A stretch of DNA of 60,469 bases, counting the filler. It is 4 parts of 4 records of this genome, joined end to end, with 100 filler letters (N's around TTAATTAATTAA, not from the genome) between each part and the next. Parts side by side here need not be neighbours in the genome. Positions count along the whole stretch, not along the records: positions 54,206 to 60,469 come from SRR20825019_287; 3 more parts are not named here. One strand, written 5' to 3'. Shown piece by piece: positions 54,206 to 60,469 of this stretch; the first letter of the stretch is position 1; every line of letters starts with the position of its first letter. Under the pieces are notes generated by a model. It did not search any database. It was not told the origin of the DNA and saw only the letters and a program-made list of their open reading frames with translations. A program made the position numbers and the translations under genes.

Positions 54206-54588
54206 CCCCGGACCGCGACTTAACCGATGTCACCACCCGCCTATCCAAACCGCGCGGTAAAAACTCGCTTGGCAACCATTTGCGCAAAACGCTTGGCCTT
54301 GATGCCACCAAAACCGCCCTCATTTTCGAAGTCACCCCGCGCGACATCCTGAACGACCCGGCCAAACTTGCCATGGCAATCAAAGACCTCCCCCTCAAAA
54401 TCACCAAACCCCGCCCGCTGGACGAAGCGATTAGCACCGCAGGCGGTGTGGCATGGGAAGAACTCGACGACACCTTCCAACTCAAAAAACGCCCCGGCAC
54501 CTATTGCTTGGGCGAAATGGTTGATTGGGAAGCGCCGACTGGGGGATATTTGTTGACGGGGTGCCTAGCGCAACGCGCTATATTATAG
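54206..54588 (+). CDS. BaiN/HI0933-like flavoprotein, C-terminal fragment
   Basis: Frame open from contig start; RPLDEAISTAGGV and GEMVDWEAPTGGYLL motifs. Confidence 0.85.
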
Positions 54589-54589
54589 A

Positions 54590-55462
54590 TTAGTGGCCTC
54601 GCTGATAACGCCTGGCAACAGCGCGAGACAACGTTTCAATTTCTGGAAACAACAATTCTTCAGAAACACCAATTGTCTCAAGGTCTCGACGTAGTTCCAC
54701 TTTCTTTATTTTTGGTATCGTATAGTAAAATAAACGAAATTCATCCAGCTCTTCCTCTCCGTACTGCGCACCCAAGCCACAGATAATAAATGCTCCTGAC
54801 TGGGAGATAATTCGTCGATTATTTTTTTTTGGCAAAACCAAATAGGATGACATCAAATCGTCGTGCTTAATTCTATCTTTAAAGTAGGGTTTTTCTTGTC
54901 TCACGAATTGGGCTAACTGGTCATAGTCCACTGAAATTTCTTTTCCTTCCGTCGACAGTACCGTTTGCGATGGGGAACGCTTCAGAGCTATCCTAGCCTT
55001 TCTCAATGCAGTCAGATTGGCGAGGTTTGCTACAACGCTTACTGTATCACTATCATAATACTTCTGCCTCGCTATCGGACCCTTAATATAGAAAACAGCG
55101 CCGTCTCCCTCAGAATTTCCATCTTCTGAATCTTTACACGCAAAGAATAACGCAACTAGAAAATTGTGGGTAACATCAAGCAATCTAGTTGGAAGACCGT
55201 AGTGCTGAAGCCTAACAAGTTGATCAAGCATTGACCGATCATCTTTAAATTCTTGTGGATGAGCTGAGATTACATCTCTAATCATCCTATGCTCGTTTCG
55301 AGACCAAAGCGCCCTGCGAAACAGACTTGGCTCTAATTTCCAATCAACATTTGCTTGCCCGCGAAACACGCCGAAACCTTTGCTATCAGCGCCCAATTTA
55401 GAGGCGCACTCGATAGCATGAGACAAAGACTCAATTCGATTTAACTCAATTTCTGACCCCAT
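54590..55462 (-). CDS. FRG domain protein
   Basis: VFRGQ, LEPSLFR, LQHYGLPTRLLDVT, ALFFAC, RIISQSGAF, LFPE; RBS GGAGAG before ATG 55462; AT-rich relative to flanks. Confidence 0.9.
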   Translation of the reverse strand: MGSEIELNRIESLSHAIECASKLGADSKGFGVFRGQANVDWKLEPSLFRRALWSRNEHRMIRDVISAHPQEFKDDRSMLDQLVRLQHYGLPTRLLDVTHNFLVALFFACKDSEDGNSEGDGAVFYIKGPIARQKYYDSDTVSVVANLANLTALRKARIALKRSPSQTVLSTEGKEISVDYDQLAQFVRQEKPYFKDRIKHDDLMSSYLVLPKKNNRRIISQSGAFIICGLGAQYGEEELDEFRLFYYTIPKIKKVELRRDLETIGVSEELLFPEIETLSRAVARRYQRGH

Positions 55463-55594
55463 TAAGCTTAACTCTCCACACTTCGTCTTCGTCAGCCGAT
55501 CTAGGGAATTCTGGCGCCGCGACACTAAACACCAACAGAATAGTACCTTGGGTTTGCAATACACAAAACCCTATGCGTTAATATCCCCGGACCG

Positions 55595-55684
55595 AAAAAA
55601 GGGGACCGGACCCAAAAAGGGGACACAAAAAAGGGGACGGACACAAAAAAGGGGACCACAAAAAAGGGGACAGATTTATTTTTT
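55595..55684 (+). repeat. Five-copy tandem array of AAAAA(A)GGGGAC ending in AGATTTATTTTTT
   Basis: Copies start at 55595, 55614, 55627, 55645 and 55660, with short variable spacers (CGGACCC, AC, GGACAC, CAC). Confidence 0.9.
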
Positions 55685-55709
55685 CCCTCAAGACAACGCC
55701 CCCCCCCCC

Positions 55710-55901
55710 TCAATGGCAATGCACCGACCCCGCCTTGGTATCCATATGGCAACACTGACCGGGCGGGGAGCTTTTGCGACACCCGCCGCCATGTTCAATC
55801 ATCTGGTCAGATACGATCACGCCACCCGCTGCCCGAACTGGCGTAACCTCACCGCCAAGTGCAAACAGGGCAACGATCCCCAGAACCATCATTATTTTCA
55901 T
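55710..55901 (-). CDS. Small secreted His/Cys-rich peptide (YHYH-like)
   Basis: RBS GGGAGG, signal peptide ending VRA, mature tail HGGGCRKSSPPGQCCHMDTKAGSVHCH. Confidence 0.7.
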   Translation of the reverse strand: MKIMMVLGIVALFALGGEVTPVRAAGGVIVSDQMIEHGGGCRKSSPPGQCCHMDTKAGSVHCH

Positions 55902-56057
55902 TATCATCCTCCCGATGAGTTCTTTGATGATACGCATCTAATACGCGGTCGGATACTACTCACAAGGTCAGTCGCAATTTGCATTCATGCGTCGCCTGTG
56001 CCTTAATATCTCCCTCCTGAACACAACAATCCAAAAACAAAAACAGTGAGGTAAGCC

Positions 56058-56729
56058 ATGGTGGAATCCCGTGATGGTGATGCCAGCCAGAATGATATTT
56101 CCGATAGCGCATCGGACTTAACCCGCATGACCGATGCTGATCCGCAAAGCTTGGCGGCCTATTACGACAAGTGGGCAGGCAGTTATGACGCAGATTTGCC
56201 CAGGATGGGCTATGACGCGCCAATGCGTGCCGCCGCCATCATGCAGGGTCAGGGTGTTGCGCCAGATGCACCGATTTTAGATGCAGGCTGCGGCACCGGA
56301 TTAACCGGGCTTGAGCTGTCAAAGGCCGGATACCGCGACATTACCGGCATTGATATTTCGCTTGAATCCTTACAAGCAGCAGAGGCCAAAGGCGTTTATC
56401 GGCACCTTAAAAAGCGCGATATGAACAAGCCGCTGGCATTTGGTGACAATGGTTTTGGCGCGGTTCAGTGCATTGGCACCCTGACTTATGTCCGTGAAGT
56501 CAGAAAGCTGTTTGCTGAATTTTGCCGGGTGGTCAAACGCGGCGGGATTATAAGCTTTACCCAGCGCGCAGACCTTTATGACGGGGCATTTACCAAGGCC
56601 ATTCAGGCAACCGTTCGTGCCGGCCTTTGGGAACAGGTTTCGCATTCCGACCCGATGCCCTATTTGCCAAACCATCAGGATTTTGGCGATCAGAAACATG
56701 TTTTCTATGACGTGTATCGCGTCAAATAG
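56058..56729 (+). CDS. Class I SAM-dependent methyltransferase
   Basis: YYDKWAGSYD, ILDAGCGTG, GIDIS, RVVKRGG; RBS GAGG. Confidence 0.88.
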   Translation: MVESRDGDASQNDISDSASDLTRMTDADPQSLAAYYDKWAGSYDADLPRMGYDAPMRAAAIMQGQGVAPDAPILDAGCGTGLTGLELSKAGYRDITGIDISLESLQAAEAKGVYRHLKKRDMNKPLAFGDNGFGAVQCIGTLTYVREVRKLFAEFCRVVKRGGIISFTQRADLYDGAFTKAIQATVRAGLWEQVSHSDPMPYLPNHQDFGDQKHVFYDVYRVK

Positions 56730-56814
56730 GCTTTCTGTTTTCACCCCCTTCCCGTCAAAACACCCCTTATCAGATCAACCCAGTCGATAAATGCGATCCA
56801 TTCGCAAATATATA

Positions 56815-56856
56815 GTTGACATGATCAACCATCCTCATGTAGTTGATATAGTCAAC
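56815..56856. promoter_or_regulatory. Two tandem GTTGA-N5-TCAAC MarR-type operators overlapping a TTGACA -35
   Basis: GTTGAcatgaTCAAC (56815-56829) and GTTGAtatagTCAAC (56842-56856) upstream of the MFS-marR-SIP operon. Confidence 0.78.
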
Positions 56857-56976
56857 CAGTTAACCTTACGCATTTCAAGGACGCAGCGCCCCACGCATTA
56901 ACCGTCCGAACGACATAAGCCCAATCCCCCGCGCGCCACCACCTGCCCGCGCCTGCCGTTTGAAAGTAACCGCCCC

Positions 56977-58386
56977 ATGCCCATTCCAATACGCGTTTCA
57001 AACAAGGTCTATCCCGATGGCTTGCCTGCCCCACGCAGCATCTTTGCCACTGCGGCTGTTTTATTGACGATCATGATGGCCGTGCTTGATGGCACGATCA
57101 TGAATGTCGCGCTTCCAACCATTGCACAGGATCAGGGCGTTTCACCGGCCCATGCAATTTGGGTCGTCACCGCCTATCAATTGGCAATTGTTGTTTCGCT
57201 TTTGCCCCTTGCCGCCCTTGGCGAAGCAATCGGGTTTCGCAAAGTCTATCTGACCGGCATCGTGACATTTGGCGTGGCATCGGGGCTTTGCGCCATGGCA
57301 CCGACGATTGAACTTCTGACCGCAGCCCGTGTGTTACAGGGCCTTGGCGGTGCCGCACTCATGAGCATCAATGGTGCCGTCATGCGCCATATCTTCCCGC
57401 AGGCCAAACTGGGCCGCGCCATTGGCTGGATCGCAATGACCGTGTCGGTTTCGGCCGCAGGTGGCCCGACCATCGCATCGGCCATACTGGCGGTGACCAG
57501 TTGGCATTGGCTGTTTTTGATCAATGTGCCGATTTCGGTTTTTGCCATCGCGATTGGCTATTTCACCCTGCCGTTTAATGCGCCCACCCGCACCCGGTTT
57601 GATTTCATCAGCGCGTTTTTAAACGTTCTGGCCTTTGGCGGTTTGATCGCCGCCCTTGGCAATGTCGGGACTGAAAGCCACCCGGTATTGATTGCCGCCC
57701 AATTTGCCATCTCGATCATTGCCGGGGTGTTTTTGGTCCGCCGCCAATTGTCCAAAGACCGCCCGATGCTGCCGCTTGATCTGTTGAAATTGCCGATTTT
57801 TGCCTGTTCTATCGGGTCATCTGTTTGTGGTTTTTCCGCCCAGATGATTGCGTTTGTGACCCTGCCATTCTATTTCCATGACGTATTGGGATATAGCCCG
57901 ACCGTCACCGGCCTTTTAATGACGCCTTGGCCCTTGGCCACCGCAATCGCCGCCCCCGTCGCCGGGCGTTTGGCCGATAAATATTCGCCGATCCGTCTGA
58001 CCGGCATGGGCATGGCGATATTTGCGCTTGGACTGTATGCGACAACATTGGTTCCGATTGAAGGCAGCTATATCTGGATCATTGCTGCCCTTGCGGTCTG
58101 TGGCGTTGGCTTTGGGCTGTTTCAGGCACCCAATAACCGCTTGATGTTAACCTGTGCCCCGCGTGATCGTGCCGGGGGTGCCAGCGGGATGCTTTCAACT
58201 GCACGCCTGACCGGGCAATCGGTTGGTGCCGCCATGGCCGCCATATTGATTGGCACCAGCGGCTCGTTCGAATTAGACGCCATCATGAGCTTTGCCGCAG
58301 GGGCCGCATTGCTTTCAGCCATCATTTGCGAAGGCCGCCGCCATGCCCTTCGCACCGGATGGATCACAAGCCCCATAAGCGTGTAA
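56977..58386 (+). CDS. MFS transporter, DHA2 (14-TM) drug:H+ antiporter type
   Basis: LDGTIMNVALPTI, ARVLQGLGG, WHWLFLINVP, FQAPNNR. Confidence 0.9.
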   Translation: MPIPIRVSNKVYPDGLPAPRSIFATAAVLLTIMMAVLDGTIMNVALPTIAQDQGVSPAHAIWVVTAYQLAIVVSLLPLAALGEAIGFRKVYLTGIVTFGVASGLCAMAPTIELLTAARVLQGLGGAALMSINGAVMRHIFPQAKLGRAIGWIAMTVSVSAAGGPTIASAILAVTSWHWLFLINVPISVFAIAIGYFTLPFNAPTRTRFDFISAFLNVLAFGGLIAALGNVGTESHPVLIAAQFAISIIAGVFLVRRQLSKDRPMLPLDLLKLPIFACSIGSSVCGFSAQMIAFVTLPFYFHDVLGYSPTVTGLLMTPWPLATAIAAPVAGRLADKYSPIRLTGMGMAIFALGLYATTLVPIEGSYIWIIAALAVCGVGFGLFQAPNNRLMLTCAPRDRAGGASGMLSTARLTGQSVGAAMAAILIGTSGSFELDAIMSFAAGAALLSAIICEGRRHALRTGWITSPISV

Positions 58387-58411
58387 GGGTTTGGCATATG
58401 AGGATACAATC

Positions 58412-58870
58412 ATGACGACCGACATGCAGGATGTGGATCAAGTACATATTTCCGGTGAAACGCTTCACCGGCTGATCCATTCCTATAAACGTTCGATCAT
58501 CAATACGATGAGCGATGCCAATATCCCGATGCCGTTTTCCCATAAACGGGTGTTGAAATGGGTTTTGCGTATGCCGGGCATCACCGCCCAGCAAATGGCC
58601 GAAAAATCCGGTCAGGACAAAGGCCGCATCACCCGACTTTTAAAAGAAGTTGAAAATGACGGGCTGATAGAACGCCGCCCGCACCCGATTGATCGACGCA
58701 GCCAGACACTGCATTTAACTGCCGCCGGTAACGCGCTGATGAACGATGTTCAAAGTGCCGAACAAGATGTCAGAACCCGAATGACACGCGGCCTTACGCC
58801 AAAACAAATCAGGGACTTTGTCGAGATCGCCAATCTGATGGCTGATAACCTCGATCCCTGCGGTTCCTAG
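58412..58870 (+). CDS. MarR family regulator
   Basis: DKGRITRLLKE, GLIERRPHPIDRRS..L.LT; RBS GAGGA. Confidence 0.9.
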   Translation: MTTDMQDVDQVHISGETLHRLIHSYKRSIINTMSDANIPMPFSHKRVLKWVLRMPGITAQQMAEKSGQDKGRITRLLKEVENDGLIERRPHPIDRRSQTLHLTAAGNALMNDVQSAEQDVRTRMTRGLTPKQIRDFVEIANLMADNLDPCGS

Positions 58871-58879
58871 GAGTTTTCA

Positions 58880-59662
58880 ATGAACAGACCTGCCCCACGT
58901 GATTTCACCGTGATCAGAAAAGCCTATGTCACGCCCAATATGCTGCGCGTCACCCTTGGCGGCGATGGCATGGCATCCTTCCCCGAAGATCAGGCAAGTG
59001 CCTATGTCAAACTGATCTTCCCCATCGAAAATGATGAAAAAGACCGGGTTTTGCGCCGGACCTATACCGTACGTCATGACCGCATGACCGATCAGGGCCG
59101 CGAAATTGATATTGATTTTGTCATGCATGGCGATGGGTCAGATGATAACGACCACGGTGGTCCGGCCTCAAACTGGGCGGTTAATTGCGCACCCGGTGAT
59201 ACCATCACCATTGGTGGCCCCGGCCCGAAAAAGCTGGTTGATCCGACCGCGGACTGGTTCCTGATAGCAGGCGACATGACCGCCCTTCCGGCGGTGTCGG
59301 TCAATCTGGAAATCCTGCCCGATGATGCGCGCGGTTATGCGGTGATTGAAATTCAGTCCGAAGCCGACATGCAGGATTTGCAAAAACCGGCCAATGTCAC
59401 GATTGAATGGGTAATCAATCCCCATCCCGGCCAATCCAACACCGCCCTTAGTGACGTTGTCAAAAAGCTTCCATGGGGTAATGGCCGCGCATCGGTCTGG
59501 GCCGCATGTGAATTCACATCGATGAAGGAATTGCGCGATTATTTCCGCAATGATCGGGGCCTTGGCCGTGATGATTTCTATATCTCAAGCTATTGGAAGC
59601 TTGGCATGAATGAAGACAATCACAAGGCCATCAAATCCGAGGATGCGAAAACCGCAGCTTAG
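58880..59662 (+). CDS. Siderophore-interacting protein (ViuB/YqjH-like FAD reductase)
   Basis: TPNMLRVTLGG, RTYTVR, DFVMHG, GPASNWA, GDMTALPA, WAACE, SSYWK. Confidence 0.92.
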   Translation: MNRPAPRDFTVIRKAYVTPNMLRVTLGGDGMASFPEDQASAYVKLIFPIENDEKDRVLRRTYTVRHDRMTDQGREIDIDFVMHGDGSDDNDHGGPASNWAVNCAPGDTITIGGPGPKKLVDPTADWFLIAGDMTALPAVSVNLEILPDDARGYAVIEIQSEADMQDLQKPANVTIEWVINPHPGQSNTALSDVVKKLPWGNGRASVWAACEFTSMKELRDYFRNDRGLGRDDFYISSYWKLGMNEDNHKAIKSEDAKTAA

Positions 59663-59702
59663 TCAGCTTAGGCAACCTAAGCCACATTTCCCGACCTGAC
59701 AT

Positions 59703-59741
59703 AAAACACCCCGGCCCGTCATTGGACCGGGGTGTTCTTTT
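59703..59741 (+). terminator. Rho-independent terminator
   Basis: AACACCCCGG...CCGGGGTGTT-CTTTT; a second hairpin GCTTAGG-caa-CCTAAGC lies at 59666-59682. Confidence 0.85.
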
Positions 59742-59851
59742 ATCATCATCAACAGACTCACCAAGTTTGCGCTAGCGCAAGGTTTTACCCGGCAAAACTA
59801 GATAGATTAAAAATCAGATTTTGATCACGGTGATCACATGGGGCGCCAAGA

Positions 59852-60469
59852 ATGTTCAATAAGCTGATTACCCTGTACCGCGAAAACCCCCGCGAAGGAC
59901 GTTTATTTGCGTTTATCGCGCTGGGATTTATGGCCATCTATTTTATACCGGTGGGAACCGGGCGGTTTGACAATGCCGTTCTTGAGGCCGTCTATCTAAC
60001 CAACTGGTATGCCCGCGAGCACGTTGTTCTATGCTTGCTTCCGGCCTTTGTCATTGCCGGGGCCATGGCTGTTTACATCAGTCAGGGGTCGGTCATGCGC
60101 TATCTCGGGCCGGATGCTTCGCGCCCGGTGGCACTCGGCGTCGCATCGGTTTCGGGAACATTGCTTGCCGTTTGTTCCTGCACGGTCTTGCCGCTATTTG
60201 GCGGGATTTACAAGCGCGGTGCGGGCCTTGGTCCGGCGATTGCATTTTTGTATTCCGGACCTGCGATCAATATCATAGCAATTGTGGTTACATCCAAGGT
60301 TCTCGGGGCCGAGATCGGCATTGCCCGTGGGGTTGGTGCCATCGTCTTTGCCATTGTGATTGGCCTGATCATGCATGTGATCTACCGCCGTGAAGAAAGT
60401 GAACGGGCGCTAAACTCCAAACGTGGCTTTGGCGCAGCCGATGACGACAAGCCACTTTCAATTACGGTT
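59852..60469 (+). CDS. DUF318/ArsP-type permease, 3'-truncated (absent from the ORF track)
   Basis: MFNKLITLY...REHVVLCLLPAFVIAGA...LLAVCSCTVLPLFGGIYKRGAGLGPAIAFLYSGPAIN; open to window end. Confidence 0.88.
   Translation, partial: MFNKLITLYRENPREGRLFAFIALGFMAIYFIPVGTGRFDNAVLEAVYLTNWYAREHVVLCLLPAFVIAGAMAVYISQGSVMRYLGPDASRPVALGVASVSGTLLAVCSCTVLPLFGGIYKRGAGLGPAIAFLYSGPAINIIAIVVTSKVLGAEIGIARGVGAIVFAIVIGLIMHVIYRREESERALNSKRGFGAADDDKPLSITV

Noticed and set aside
54206-54215. CCCCGGACCG at the contig start recurs at 55585-55594 beside the repeat array, suggesting a target-site duplication
   Set aside because: The first copy is inside the flavoprotein coding sequence ~370 bp from the apparent insertion edge; a 10-bp match may be chance
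55595-55684. Repeat array as a CRISPR, and the ORFs 55548-56006 / 55525-55782 translating it
   Set aside because: Units are 11-12 nt with 2-7-nt spacers and no cas genes are present; the ORFs are low-complexity read-through

Overview
The window is not one genome. It is four unrelated contigs joined by identical 100-nt spacers (44 N + TTAATTAATTAA + 44 N) at 30155-30254, 42464-42563 and 54106-54205, so no synteny should be read across those joins. Contig 1 (1-30154) is a gammaproteobacterial housekeeping region, Methylophaga-like by impression only: tRNA-Ser/csrA/lysC/alaS/recX/recA/cinA, mutS, a crp/vfr homologue, rpe-gph-trpEGDC, ygiQ, yceJI, tsaB-cmoAB, ending in a second tRNA-Ser. It also holds an unannotated 40-aa membrane peptide gene and a MITE/REP-like inverted repeat. 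Contig 2 (30255-42463) is eukaryotic, with short GT-AG introns. It carries a complete 11-exon gene for a ~1648-aa protein (signal peptide, ~28 LRRs, Cys-rich region, multi-pass TRP-like membrane domain), convergent with a 5'-truncated MOT1/BTAF1 gene, and a three-copy composite motif upstream. Contig 3 (42564-54105) is alphaproteobacterial: a peptide-type ABC transporter, GntR regulator and amidase operon converging on the NAGGN osmolyte operon (asnO-ngg-M42 peptidase). That operon is divergent from an EctR/CosR-like MarR gene across a 48-bp palindrome. Contig 4 (54206-60469) is alphaproteobacterial (Thalassospira-like by impression): a C-terminally clipped flavoprotein gene, an AT-rich FRG-domain gene bounded by a five-copy AAAAA(A)GGGGAC array, a small His/Cys-rich secreted peptide, an MFS-MarR-siderophore-interacting-protein operon with tandem MarR boxes, and a partial DUF318 permease. 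All family assignments come from motif recognition by eye; no database search was run.
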